From Candidatus Colwellbacteria bacterium (GTDB lineage: Bacteria; Patescibacteriota; Minisyncoccia; UBA6257; Colwellbacteraceae): a DNA stretch of 64,000 nt. Both the position numbers and the translations under genes were made by a program. The DNA lies in the NCBI GenBank assembly GCA_016176525.1, contig JACOWZ010000003.1:385000-448999 (forward strand), given 5' to 3'. The notes beneath the pieces were generated by a model. The model did not search any database, had not been told where the DNA came from, and saw only the letters and a program-made list of their open reading frames with translations. Shown one piece after another: positions 36,856 to 46,341 of the stretch. Position 1 is the first letter of the stretch; the number at the start of each line of letters is the position of its first letter.

Positions 36856-37013
36856 AATACAAAAGCATATCTTTATATTGATGGCCGAATTGAACCGTGG
36901 AAAGGGGTCGGGAAAACTAGTTTTCCCGTTGCGGAAATATTAAAACCGCAGGGTTTTAAAGAGCGAGTTGCTGTATAGCGACTCGCGACGTGAAATTCCG
37001 ACCATTGGCTCAA
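36856..37013 (+). repeat. tRNA-Thr-linked element ending in a duplicated tRNA 3' end
   Basis: 19/20 direct repeat 36836-36855 vs 36994-37013; antisense T-arm ATGGCCGAATTGAACC at 36881-36896. Confidence 0.85.
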
Positions 37014-37057
37014 GGTTTGCGTTTTTTGGCATTCTAGTTTAATATTTTCTAACTCTT

Positions 37058-37231
37058 ATGGCAGTTAGGAAATTATCAGAAAACTTAATAAGGCTCCGAT
37101 GTGCCACCTGTAAGCGGGTTAATTACTATACGCGTAAGAATAAGAAAAAGGTGGAGCGAAAGCTGGATTATAAAAAGTTTTGTAACTGGTGCAGAAAGAG
37201 CACTACTCACAAAGAAGTAAAACTTAAGTAG
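37058..37231 (+). CDS. rpmG: 50S ribosomal protein L33 (Zn-binding type; not in ORF track)
   Basis: Manual translation ...IRLRCATCKRVNYYTRKNKKKVERKLDYKKFCNWCRKSTTHKE... Confidence 0.95.
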   Translation: MAVRKLSENLIRLRCATCKRVNYYTRKNKKKVERKLDYKKFCNWCRKSTTHKEVKLK

Positions 37232-37234
37232 TTT

Positions 37235-37855
37235 GTGACAAAAGAGAAATTAATTGAAGGCTTAATTTCTGCAGAATATCTTAAAACTTCGCGTATAATA
37301 GAGGCGTTTCGCGCGGTTGATAGGGCAGATTTTGTGCCCAAAGAATATCAGAGCGAAGCCTACGGCAATTATCCGTTGTCGATAGGCGAGGGGCAGACGA
37401 TATCTCAACCACTTACCGTGGCTTTTATACTGGAGCTGCTCCAACCGCAGATAGGTGATAAGGTTTTAGATGTCGGCGCTGGGTCTGGCTGGCAGACTGC
37501 ACTTATAGCCTATTGTGTTGGCGAGAAAGGTAAAGTTGTTGCTGTTGAAAGGATTAAGAGTCTTAAAGATATGGCGGATAGTAATATTAAAAAATATCCG
37601 AAACTCGCAAAACGCGCAGAAGTTATTTTGGGTGACGGTTCAAAAGGGTATAAGCCCGGTGCCCCATACGACAAAATTATAGCTGCGGCTTCTGGCGAGG
37701 ATATGCCAGACGCCTGGAGGGCGCAGCTTAAGATCCACGGACGCATTGTCGCCCCGGTGCAGAACAGTATTGTAGTGTGGGATAAGATTGATGATAAGCA
37801 ATTTAAAAAACAAGAGTATAGCGGTTTTAGTTTTGTGCCTCTCATTCGCGAATAG
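37235..37855 (+). CDS. pcm: Protein-L-isoaspartate O-methyltransferase
   Basis: IGEGQTISQP, VLDVGAGSGW, GDGSKG, APYDKI, FVPL. Confidence 0.93.
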   Translation: MTKEKLIEGLISAEYLKTSRIIEAFRAVDRADFVPKEYQSEAYGNYPLSIGEGQTISQPLTVAFILELLQPQIGDKVLDVGAGSGWQTALIAYCVGEKGKVVAVERIKSLKDMADSNIKKYPKLAKRAEVILGDGSKGYKPGAPYDKIIAAASGEDMPDAWRAQLKIHGRIVAPVQNSIVVWDKIDDKQFKKQEYSGFSFVPLIRE

Positions 37856-37888
37856 ACAAGTCCTATACCTTTGTTTAGAATTATTGTT

Positions 37889-37940
37889 GGCGGTGGGTAA
37901 ATACTCACTCATACATATTAGGAGGCATTTCCCGCCGCCT
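37889..37940 (+). promoter_or_regulatory. GC-rich 5'-leader hairpin upstream of hpf
   Basis: GGCGGTGGG/CCCGCCGCC stem starting just after TAGACA-N17-TAGAAT (37853-37881). Confidence 0.5.
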
Positions 37941-37980
37941 TCTAGGCAACTAAAATTTTAACCTTAAACTATTAAACATA

Positions 37981-38298
37981 ATGACTATAAATATAACTGC
38001 TAACGATTTGGATTTAACTCCTGCGTTTAAAGAATTTATTGAATCTAAAGTAGGCGCGCTAAACAAATTCGTAGAAAGATTTGATGGGGATAGCCTAATC
38101 ACAAATGTTGTGGTTTCTCGCACTACAGCGCACCACAGGCACGGCGAAGTGTTTGATGCCAAAATTGATATTGGCTTGCCTGGCTCGATTATAAGAGCTG
38201 CTGCAATAGCACCTGATGCGAGAACCGCTGTTTTAGATGCTTGTAAAAAACTTGAACGCGAGATTGAGAAGTATAAGACTAAGATTGGCTCGCGATGA
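37981..38298 (+). CDS. hpf: Ribosome hibernation promoting factor (RaiA/HPF, short form)
   Basis: [31 protein letters not shown]; upstream of secA. Confidence 0.88.
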   Translation: MTINITANDLDLTPAFKEFIESKVGALNKFVERFDGDSLITNVVVSRTTAHHRHGEVFDAKIDIGLPGSIIRAAAIAPDARTAVLDACKKLEREIEKYKTKIGSR

Positions 38299-40832
38299 TT
38301 AAAAAACTAAAAAGCCTTTTTTTATTTAGAGGAGACGATTATAAGAAGCGCGTCCAAGAAATAAATTCTCTTGAGAGTGAAATTAAGGCACTCTCCGATG
38401 AGGAGCTTAAAAAAGAAAGCCAAAAGTTAAGAGAGCACGCAAAGGCGGGCGAAGATTTAAACGGGCTTTTGCCGCGCGCATTTGCTCTTGTGCGCGAAGC
38501 GGCTCGCCGCACTTTAGAGCAAAGGCATTTTGATGTCCAACTTGTAGGCGGAATTGTTTTGCATAAGGGCGCGGTTGCCGAGATGCTGACTGGTGAGGGT
38601 AAAACACTTACTGCCACATTGCCGGTTTATTTAAATGCGTTAGACGGCAAAGGGGCGCATGTTATAACAGTAAATGATTATTTAACAAAGAGGGACGTTG
38701 TATGGATGGGGCAAATTTACCACTTTTTAGGGCTTAAAGTTGCCTGCATTGCACACGAATCTTCTTTTATATATGACCCAGAACATACGGGGGAAAAATT
38801 ACAAACAGAGGATAAAGAAAGAGACGCTTTAGGCAGCTTTAAGGTTGTAGAAGAGTTCTTGCGGCCGGTTAACCGCAAAGAGGCATACGAAGCAGACATT
38901 ATTTATGGCACAAACCATGAGTTTGGGTTTGATTATTTGCGCGACAATTTAACACCAAGTTTAGCTGCGCGCGTGCAGAGAGAGCATAATTTCGCCGTTA
39001 TAGACGAGGTAGACTCAATCTTAATTGATGAGGCAAGAACTCCGCTTATAATATCGGCTCCCGACAGGGCATCTTCGGACCATTACAAAGTTTTTGCCCG
39101 CGCAGTTAGAAACCTGAATACGGAAGAAGATTATACGGTGGATGAAAAGCTCAAATCGGTTGCAATAACTGAATCCGGCATAAACAAGATTGAAAGAATG
39201 TTAGGGGTAAAAGATTTATACGCACTGGAGAATTTGCGCCTTGTGCACTATTTGGAAGCAAGCCTAAAAGCCAAAGCGCTCTTTGAGCGTGACAAAGACT
39301 ATGTTGTGCGGAACGGTGAAGTAATTATAGTTGACCAATTTACAGGTAGACTGATGTTGGGGCGCAGATATTCTAGCGGTTTGCACCAGGCGATTGAGGC
39401 AAAAGAAGGGGTGTATGTTAAAGAAGAATCTAAAACCTATGCGCAGATTACAATACAAAACTATTTTAGGCTTTACAAAAAAATATCCGGTATGACGGGA
39501 ACTGCGCAAACATCTGCCGAAGAATTCCATAAAGTTTATAACTTGGAGGTTGAAAGTATTCCGCCAAATAAGCCGATGGTAAGAGACGACAGGCCGGACA
39601 GAATATTTAGAACTACAGAGGCAAAATACTCTGCGATTGTGCGAGAAGTTAAAGAGAGGCATGAGAACGGCCAGCCGGTTTTGGTTGGCACAGTCTCCAT
39701 TGAGAAAAACGAGTTTTTGGGCCAGCTTTTGCGCAAAGAGGGCTTGCCGGCTGAGATTTTAAACGCGAAGAACCACGAGCGTGAAGGTGCAATTATTGCA
39801 CAGGCTGGCAAACCCGGGGTGATTACTATCGCCACCAACATGGCAGGCCGCGGTGTAGACATTGTATTGGGGGGCAACCCAGGGACCCCGGAAGAGGCGG
39901 AAAAAGTGCGTAAAGCAGGCGGCCTGCATGTTATAGGCACAGAGAGGCACGAGGCGAGGCGCATTGACAACCAGCTTCGCGGGCGCGCAGGCAGGCAGGG
40001 TGACCCGGGCAGCAGCCAGTTTTTTGTATCCACTGAGGACGACCTTATGCGCATTTTCGGCGGCGAGCGAATCAAAGGAATTATGGATAGGTTTAAGCTA
40101 GAAGACGAGCTGCCGCCGAATAAGTTTATTGGTGGCGCATTGGAGCAAGCACAGAGCAAGATTGAAGGGTTCCACTTTGATGCCCGTAAACACTTGCTTG
40201 AGTATGACGACATTTTAAACAAACAGAGGACAAACTTTTATGGCAAGCGCCTAAAAGTTTTACAGGCGTTAGATAGCGGAAACCCCAAACAAGTATTTAA
40301 AGAGCTTTTAGAGAGTTATATTGGGCGCTTGCGCGAAACAAATATTGATATAGAAGAGCTAATTAAGCTTTTTACAGAAAGCTATGTTTTATCTAAAGAA
40401 GAAGCTGAAAAAATTAAAGAGAATGATGAAGTTTTCAATTTAGGGCTATCTAACATAGATAAAAAACTAGGCGGTCTGGAAAACTCTAAAGCGATAGGCA
40501 CTAGGTTTTTGGGTGTAATGGACTTTTTATGGATGAACCACTTAGAAGACGTGGAGGCGCTTACCGAATCTGTACGTATTCGCGCATATGGGCAAAAAGA
40601 CCCGCTTGTTGAATATCGTAAAGAAGGATACCAATTATTCCAGATGTTGCAGGCGAATATTGAGGCGTGGCTTTTTAACAACATCTTTAAGTTTAAGGAT
40701 TTACCTAAGGATGGTGAAACACAACAGATAAAAGTTGCGCTAAAAGATACTAAGTCTAGTGGCAAGATTGGCAGAAACGACCCCTGCCCATGCGGCAGCG
40801 GCAAAAAATACAAAAAGTGCCATGGCGCGTAG
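38295..40832 (+). CDS. secA: Preprotein translocase ATPase SecA
   Basis: [67 protein letters not shown]. Confidence 0.98.
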   Translation: MIKKLKSLFLFRGDDYKKRVQEINSLESEIKALSDEELKKESQKLREHAKAGEDLNGLLPRAFALVREAARRTLEQRHFDVQLVGGIVLHKGAVAEMLTGEGKTLTATLPVYLNALDGKGAHVITVNDYLTKRDVVWMGQIYHFLGLKVACIAHESSFIYDPEHTGEKLQTEDKERDALGSFKVVEEFLRPVNRKEAYEADIIYGTNHEFGFDYLRDNLTPSLAARVQREHNFAVIDEVDSILIDEARTPLIISAPDRASSDHYKVFARAVRNLNTEEDYTVDEKLKSVAITESGINKIERMLGVKDLYALENLRLVHYLEASLKAKALFERDKDYVVRNGEVIIVDQFTGRLMLGRRYSSGLHQAIEAKEGVYVKEESKTYAQITIQNYFRLYKKISGMTGTAQTSAEEFHKVYNLEVESIPPNKPMVRDDRPDRIFRTTEAKYSAIVREVKERHENGQPVLVGTVSIEKNEFLGQLLRKEGLPAEILNAKNHEREGAIIAQAGKPGVITIATNMAGRGVDIVLGGNPGTPEEAEKVRKAGGLHVIGTERHEARRIDNQLRGRAGRQGDPGSSQFFVSTEDDLMRIFGGERIKGIMDRFKLEDELPPNKFIGGALEQAQSKIEGFHFDARKHLLEYDDILNKQRTNFYGKRLKVLQALDSGNPKQVFKELLESYIGRLRETNIDIEELIKLFTESYVLSKEEAEKIKENDEVFNLGLSNIDKKLGGLENSKAIGTRFLGVMDFLWMNHLEDVEALTESVRIRAYGQKDPLVEYRKEGYQLFQMLQANIEAWLFNNIFKFKDLPKDGETQQIKVALKDTKSSGKIGRNDPCPCGSGKKYKKCHGA

Positions 40833-40834
40833 CG

Positions 40835-40866
40835 CAATATTTCAATATTTAAACATTTAAATATTT
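40835..40866 (+). repeat. Four phased 8-bp units (consensus MAAYATTT)
   Basis: CAATATTT CAATATTT AAACATTT AAATATTT; related arrays at 41196-41235 and 41682-41705. Confidence 0.7.
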
Positions 40867-40870
40867 AAAA

Positions 40871-41191
40871 ATGAGCAAATTTTATAAAATAGTTGTTTTT
40901 GTTCCAGTGGATGCTGCAGATAAAGTGCGGGGTGCTATTACGCGAGCTGGTGGGGGTAGAATAGGTAATTATTCCGGTTGTAGTTTCTCCTCTAAGGGAA
41001 TTGGTCGTTTTAAGCCAGAGATAGGCGCAGATCCTGTTATTGGTAAAGTTGGTCAATCAGAGAAGGTGGAAGAAGAGAGAATTGAGGTTAGATGCGAGGA
41101 GGCAGTAGTTAAAGATATAATCACTGCGATTAAAAAATCTCATCCATATAATGAAGTTGCTTTAGATGTTTATGAATTAGTAGATTTTTAA
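40871..41191 (+). CDS. YqfO/NIF3 middle-domain-like (PII/CutA-fold) protein
   Basis: KIVVFVP, GGGRIGNYSGCSF, G.GRFKP, HPYNEVA. Confidence 0.85.
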   Translation: MSKFYKIVVFVPVDAADKVRGAITRAGGGRIGNYSGCSFSSKGIGRFKPEIGADPVIGKVGQSEKVEEERIEVRCEEAVVKDIITAIKKSHPYNEVALDVYELVDF

Positions 41192-41231
41192 TCTTCGATA
41201 TTGAAATATATAAATATTTAAAAATCTAAAC

Positions 41232-41684
41232 ATGGAGTTTAAAGATTTCTTAGTTAGGGCAAAGATTAATACCTATGCGACAGCTGGCGAAGGAGGCGAG
41301 AAAAGACTAAATGATGGCTCAAAAGAACTAATTTATAAAGAAGGTGATTTTATATATCGTGATAGATATTTCGGCGCACTGAGTTTTGTTGGTGAAGAAA
41401 TTGTATTTAAAAATAAGATACCGATTTGGGGTATGAATTACTGTGGCGCAACTATGGATCCGAGTATGACCAATGAAAAAGTTGCCGACTTTCTTAAAAG
41501 GGCCTTGAGAGCAGTTACAAGCGATATGCCATTTCGCGGTCCTTCAGAATTTAAAGAAGGAGATTGGTTCTACATAAATCAAGTTTCAGGCGATGTGAAT
41601 AGTTTCTCTGGTCACGAAGAGATTAAATATAAAGACCATGCTGTTTATAAGCTAGATTATCACGGTGGTATTATTAAAAAATAA
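41232..41684 (+). CDS. DUF5680-like protein
   Basis: FLVRAK.NTYA, YRDRYFG, WGMNY, PFRGP, YHGG. Confidence 0.75.
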   Translation: MEFKDFLVRAKINTYATAGEGGEKRLNDGSKELIYKEGDFIYRDRYFGALSFVGEEIVFKNKIPIWGMNYCGATMDPSMTNEKVADFLKRALRAVTSDMPFRGPSEFKEGDWFYINQVSGDVNSFSGHEEIKYKDHAVYKLDYHGGIIKK

Positions 41685-41701
41685 TATTTAAAGATTTAAA
41701 T

Positions 41702-42151
41702 ATGACAGCAGATGTTAGGCAATTAATTAAAGAAGTATTGAAGAAAGGTTATCTTATGAGTCTAGCTACGCTTGATGAGGGTGGTGTGTGGGTTGCTGAT
41801 GTAATTTATATTCATGACAATGATTTTAATATTTATTGGATGTCTGACCCCAGTGTACGGCACTCACAGGCAATAATAAAGAATAATCGAGTGGCTGGGA
41901 CTATAACGGTAAGCGGCGTAAAAGAGGACAATATGGGAATTCAGTTTGAAGGTATAGGCGAAAAGATAGATGGAGACAGATATGATTTGGCTCTAAAACA
42001 TTATAAAAAGAGAAAAAAACCAGCACCTAAAGAAAACGAGGATGTGCTCCAGGGAGATTCTTGGTATGTGTTGAAACCAAAGAAGATCCAATTAATTTAT
42101 GAGAAATTATTTGGTTTTGAAAAGCAGGATTTGGACATGAAATATATATGA
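41702..42151 (+). CDS. Pyridoxamine 5'-phosphate oxidase-like split-barrel (YhbP-like) protein
   Basis: MSLAT, YWMS...RHS, N.RVAGTI, GIQFEG. Confidence 0.78.
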   Translation: MTADVRQLIKEVLKKGYLMSLATLDEGGVWVADVIYIHDNDFNIYWMSDPSVRHSQAIIKNNRVAGTITVSGVKEDNMGIQFEGIGEKIDGDRYDLALKHYKKRKKPAPKENEDVLQGDSWYVLKPKKIQLIYEKLFGFEKQDLDMKYI

Positions 42152-42591
42152 TAAATAACGATAAAAAATTTCTAAGATCAGCGATTAAACAATCAAAATT
42201 ATCTGTTGAACAAGGCAGGTTCCCGGCCGGGGCAATATTAGTCTTGAATGGAGAAGTTATTGCATCGGAGATGAGCGATACGGATTCTGGATATGAGCAT
42301 GCAGAATGTAGAGCTGTTGATACCGCGTTCCAAAAAGTAGGAAAGCTTACAAATACTACACTGTATGCCTCGATGGAACCTTGTCTGATGTGTCTTGGGC
42401 GAGCCTACTGGGCTGGAATTCGTAAGATAGTATTTGCTATTTCTAGAAACAGTGTGCCTAAGGAGTATTATGAAGGATTACACGATAATAATGAGTTGAT
42501 GGATAGTTTTAATGAAAAAATTGAGCTAATACATCTTAGTGAGCTTGAAGAAGAAGCTATAAAAGTCGTGCGTATGTGGAATCAAGTATAG
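42148..42591 (+). CDS. Zn-dependent nucleoside/nucleobase deaminase (CDA/TadA/GuaD superfamily)
   Basis: HAE, LYASMEPCLMC, WAGIRKIVF. Confidence 0.88.
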   Translation: MINNDKKFLRSAIKQSKLSVEQGRFPAGAILVLNGEVIASEMSDTDSGYEHAECRAVDTAFQKVGKLTNTTLYASMEPCLMCLGRAYWAGIRKIVFAISRNSVPKEYYEGLHDNNELMDSFNEKIELIHLSELEEEAIKVVRMWNQV

Positions 42592-42598
42592 AAGTATT

Positions 42599-43012
42599 AT
42601 GCTAAATAAAGCAGGCGGGGTTGTGTTGAATAAAGATGGCAAGATTGCTATTGTGAAAAATAGTGGCAGGTTCGGCGAATATTGGTCTTTACCTATGGGG
42701 AGAGTAGATGAAAACGAAGATGTTTTTGACTGCGCTCTACGCGAAATTCGTGAAGAAACTGGGTTAGTTAATCTGGAGCTGGTAAAGAAACTCGGCAGTT
42801 ATAACAGAAAGGGTATGGATTATGATAATGGCGAGCCGAAGGAAGTCCCCAAGAAAATAACTTTGTTTTTGTTTAATACAAACGAGATGGAGCTGAAGCC
42901 TGTCGACCCCGACAACCCAGAAGCAAAATGGGTTACAATAGATGAAGCGATAAATTTAATGAGGCACGAGGGAGACAAAGAATTTTTAAGAAGCGTTAAG
43001 GACAAAATATAA
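42599..43012 (+). CDS. Nudix hydrolase
   Basis: GRVDENEDVFDCALREIREETGL. Confidence 0.9.
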   Translation: MLNKAGGVVLNKDGKIAIVKNSGRFGEYWSLPMGRVDENEDVFDCALREIREETGLVNLELVKKLGSYNRKGMDYDNGEPKEVPKKITLFLFNTNEMELKPVDPDNPEAKWVTIDEAINLMRHEGDKEFLRSVKDKI

Positions 43013-43015
43013 AAA

Positions 43016-43435
43016 ATGGAGGATAAAATAGTGTTGCAAGTTGGAGTTAAAGTTTTGCTTAAAAATAAAGACGGCCGATATCTGTTATTGCGCAGATCTC
43101 TAGAAAAATATCCTGAAGTTCCAAATAGGTGGGATATAGCTGGCGGCAGAATTGATCCTGGCACAACTCTGCTTGAGAATCTGAAGCGAGAAGTTATAGA
43201 GGAAACCAGTTTGGAATTAAAAGGAGCGCCGAGATTGGTGGCTGCCCAGGATATTTTGAGGATAAAAGGGCGCCACGTTGTTCGGCTTACATACATAGGC
43301 GAGGCCGAGGGAGAGCCGCGCCTTGATGGAGAGGAGCATGATATGTATAAATGGGTGACTATTCCGGAAATTGGCGAATTGACCGGCGTTGATATTTATT
43401 TTAAAGAATTATTAGATAATAAAGTTATACAATAA
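43016..43435 (+). CDS. Nudix hydrolase
   Basis: GGRIDPGTTLLENLKREVIEETSL. Confidence 0.88.
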   Translation: MEDKIVLQVGVKVLLKNKDGRYLLLRRSLEKYPEVPNRWDIAGGRIDPGTTLLENLKREVIEETSLELKGAPRLVAAQDILRIKGRHVVRLTYIGEAEGEPRLDGEEHDMYKWVTIPEIGELTGVDIYFKELLDNKVIQ

Positions 43436-43450
43436 ATTTTGTAACTGATT

Positions 43451-43966
43451 ATGCCGGCTAAAAAAATAAGCATAGACGAGGCGAAGAAAGACAAACTGTT
43501 TTATTTTGTCACCAATGTTTTAGTGTACAAAGATGGAAAGTGTTTAATATTAAAACGGCACGAACGCGAGAAAGTGCACCCGGGCAAATGGGGCACGCCT
43601 GGCGGCAAGCTTGAGTGGGATGATTTTCCACTAAAGCCGGATGGCGAAGTTTATAACGATGTCTGGCAGTTCCATAAAGCGGTTGAGGATTTATGCAGGC
43701 GCGAGGTACGCGAGGAAGCTGGTTTGGAGATTGGAGATGAGTTTGCATATATTGATTCTACAGTTTTTGTGCGGCCCGATGGCATTCCGGTGGTGCTAAT
43801 AAAACTAGGTTGTAAGTACAAGGGTGGGGAGGTGAAACTTGAAGAAGACGCCTTTACAGACTACGCGTGGGTGGACGCGGAGGAGATTAAGAAGTATGAT
43901 TGCGTGATTAACGTACCGGAAGAAATTGCAAAAACCATAAAACTTTTTGGTAAATATCATGGCTAA
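43451..43966 (+). CDS. Nudix hydrolase with insertion in the Nudix box
   Basis: PGGKLE...(insert)...REVREEAGL. Confidence 0.88.
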   Translation: MPAKKISIDEAKKDKLFYFVTNVLVYKDGKCLILKRHEREKVHPGKWGTPGGKLEWDDFPLKPDGEVYNDVWQFHKAVEDLCRREVREEAGLEIGDEFAYIDSTVFVRPDGIPVVLIKLGCKYKGGEVKLEEDAFTDYAWVDAEEIKKYDCVINVPEEIAKTIKLFGKYHG

Positions 43967-44213
43967 AAATAAACCACTCCCACCGCTTTCGGGAAAAGCA
44001 AAGCAGATAAAAGTAGGAGGCGTATATGAGCATTTTAAAGGTGATAATTATCGCGTAATCGGCGTGGGCCGCGATAGCGAGGATTTACATGAAGTTGTTA
44101 TCTATCAAGGGGAATATGAAGGTAAGCCTATTTTTGTACGTGCAGTCGAGATGTTTTTAGACAACGTTCAAAAACCTGATTACCAAGGCCCAAGGTTTCA
44201 GCTTATAGAATAA
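43959..44213 (+). CDS. DUF1653 family protein
   Basis: YEHFKG..Y.V, SE...V.Y, FVR..EMF, PRF. Confidence 0.88.
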   Translation: MAKNKPLPPLSGKAKQIKVGGVYEHFKGDNYRVIGVGRDSEDLHEVVIYQGEYEGKPIFVRAVEMFLDNVQKPDYQGPRFQLIE

Positions 44214-44234
44214 AAACCCTCTAATCGTAGAGGG

Positions 44235-44696
44235 TTAGTAGGGCGTGAATTCTATTTTTTGGAATCCAGAAGCGCTTTCTTTGTAGTGTACTGTAGCGCG
44301 GAATCTCTCGCCGCGGATTGCTTTTGGAAACCATTTGCGGTCTGATTCGAGCATTTGATCCAGAGGCAGTGTGCTTACGCTTACCCATTGCGGGATCATT
44401 TCGCTTGTCTCTTTTGGGCGTCCGCGGAACTTATCGGTCCAAAAAATATGAACCTTGAAATCTGGCTCGCCGCTTGCGAAAAACGTTATCACCGCGATTT
44501 CGTTTAAGGTGCTCGGTATAAGATGAATGCCTAGTTCTTCTCTTGCTTCTCTTACAACACAGTGTAGAAGAGTTTCACCGGGTTCAACCTTGCCTCCCGG
44601 ACCGTTTAGTGTTTTTGCGCCAATTTCGCCCTTTTTCTTGTAACCGAGCAGCACCTTGCCGTCTCTTACTATTATTGCGAGTGTTGCGATTTTCAT
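44235..44696 (-). CDS. Nudix hydrolase, MTH1/8-oxo-dGTPase-like
   Basis: VLLGYKK, NGPGGKVEPGET..REAREELGI, ETSEMIPQW, MLESD..W. Confidence 0.88.
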   Translation of the reverse strand: MKIATLAIIVRDGKVLLGYKKKGEIGAKTLNGPGGKVEPGETLLHCVVREAREELGIHLIPSTLNEIAVITFFASGEPDFKVHIFWTDKFRGRPKETSEMIPQWVSVSTLPLDQMLESDRKWFPKAIRGERFRATVHYKESASGFQKIEFTPY

Positions 44697-44744
44697 ACAT
44701 CACCTTTAGCGCAGTTGTACTGTTCTATAGTATAGTTATCAGTA

Positions 44745-45230
44745 ATGGATAATCAATACTTGCACGAAGTTGTTATAACTGCGATTGTGGTTAAGGATAA
44801 CAAATATCTTATTACGCGCAGAGCGGCGACGAAAAAGCGTTTCCCTGGAATGTGGACTGTACCTGGAGGCAAACTTGAAACGGATGACTATATAAATTTG
44901 CCGAAAGACACAGAGCACTATTGGTATAACGTTTTGGAGAAGACTTTAAAGCGCGAAGTAAAAGAAGAGGTTGGTGTTGATATTAAAAACATTGAGTATG
45001 TAACAAGTTTAGCCCGCGTGCATGAAGATGGTGCGCCGTCGTTGGTTATTTCTTGCATGGCAGACTATGCAGGAGGCGAAATAACACTACAAGAGGGTGA
45101 AACCGATAAATACGAGTGGGTGAGTTTAGAAGAAGCTAAAAACTACGAGCTTATTGATGGAATTTATGACGAGCTTGCTATGGCAGATGCTAAACTGCGT
45201 GGAGTGAAGAGCGAGTGGAAAAGGAGTTAG
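44745..45230 (+). CDS. Nudix hydrolase with insertion in the Nudix box
   Basis: PGGKLE...(insert)...REVKEEVGV. Confidence 0.88.
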   Translation: MDNQYLHEVVITAIVVKDNKYLITRRAATKKRFPGMWTVPGGKLETDDYINLPKDTEHYWYNVLEKTLKREVKEEVGVDIKNIEYVTSLARVHEDGAPSLVISCMADYAGGEITLQEGETDKYEWVSLEEAKNYELIDGIYDELAMADAKLRGVKSEWKRS

Positions 45231-46329
45231 CATGGTTTAGTAAAATATTTATCTTTTTTTGGAAGTTTTCTTTGGAGAATTTCTTTGCGGTTTTTGAAAC
45301 GGTTCGGCGGTTAAATTTAAACCTAGTAAAAGCCTCAATCGCGGCTATTAGGGCCTCTGGGGACTGCTCATCAAAAAGTACTCCGTTTGTGCCGTCTTCA
45401 ATAATTTCTGTCTGGCCACCTTTGTTGTAGGCAATTACCGGCGTGCCGCAGGCAATAGACTCTGCCGCTGTTAGCCCAAAATCTTCCACTTGCGGAAAAA
45501 TTGTCGCGCGAGCGCCGCTTATAATTTTGCGCATTTCGTCATCGTGTTTCCCATTGCCGATCAACTTTATATTTGGCGATGTAATAATCTGTTCAACTTT
45601 TTCTCTATGCGGGCCGTCGCCCAAGATTATAAGCGGAGTATTAAGTTTGTTGAACGCTTTAACTATTAAGTCAAATTTCTTGTAGTGGAGTATGCGCCCG
45701 AAGGCAAGGAAGTATTCGTGTTTGGAAAACGGCAGCTTTTGTACAGGTTCCTCTTTGTCATAATAGAAAGTATTAGTGTCAACCGGCGGGTGAACAACAA
45801 AGACATCTCTGCCATAGAATTTGCGCACTTTATCTGCTGTAAATTCAGAGTTTGCCAGTAGCATATTAGGCTTTAACCCCATGCGCTCATCCCAGTTTTT
45901 AAGGTAAGAAATTATAGGGTGGGCGGCCTTGATAAGCGATTCATCAAAAAGAGTACCAAGATATTCTTGAGGTTCCCATGCGTAGCGAAGAGGCGAGTGG
46001 GTATAGCTTATATGGAACCCACGGCTGTATCTTATGCCTTTTGCCCAGCCTGCAGTGGCAGAAATTATAATATCGTATTTGTCGCCTAAATTTATGCTAT
46101 TTGCCGCTCCAGGCATTAGCGGTACAAAAAAACGGTGGTTTTTGTGCACCAGAGAGTTGTTTAAAAAGCTGGTTTTTATTGTTTTGCCGGCAAAGTGGCC
46201 GTTTTGGGAGCCTGGCTGGTGGAAGAGGGTATAGATTGGCGCTTCAGGGAACATCTCGGAGAGTGCTACAAGCACACGCTCCGCTCCGCCGAATTGATTT
46301 AGATAGTCGTGGACTAATGCTACACGCAT
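45190..46329 (-). CDS. Glycosyltransferase family 4
   Basis: VALVHDYL..GGAERV, HSPLRYAW, EDFGLTAAE..ACGTPVIA. Confidence 0.92.
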   Translation of the reverse strand: MRVALVHDYLNQFGGAERVLVALSEMFPEAPIYTLFHQPGSQNGHFAGKTIKTSFLNNSLVHKNHRFFVPLMPGAANSINLGDKYDIIISATAGWAKGIRYSRGFHISYTHSPLRYAWEPQEYLGTLFDESLIKAAHPIISYLKNWDERMGLKPNMLLANSEFTADKVRKFYGRDVFVVHPPVDTNTFYYDKEEPVQKLPFSKHEYFLAFGRILHYKKFDLIVKAFNKLNTPLIILGDGPHREKVEQIITSPNIKLIGNGKHDDEMRKIISGARATIFPQVEDFGLTAAESIACGTPVIAYNKGGQTEIIEDGTNGVLFDEQSPEALIAAIEAFTRFKFNRRTVSKTAKKFSKENFQKKINILLNHANSFSTRSSLHAV

Positions 46330-46341
46330 AGTTATAATTCT

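Noticed and set aside
35536-37013. Prophage or genomic island at the tRNA cluster
   Set aside because: The direct repeats enclose only 158-174 bp, there is no integrase or phage gene, and the HD gene lies outside the repeats.
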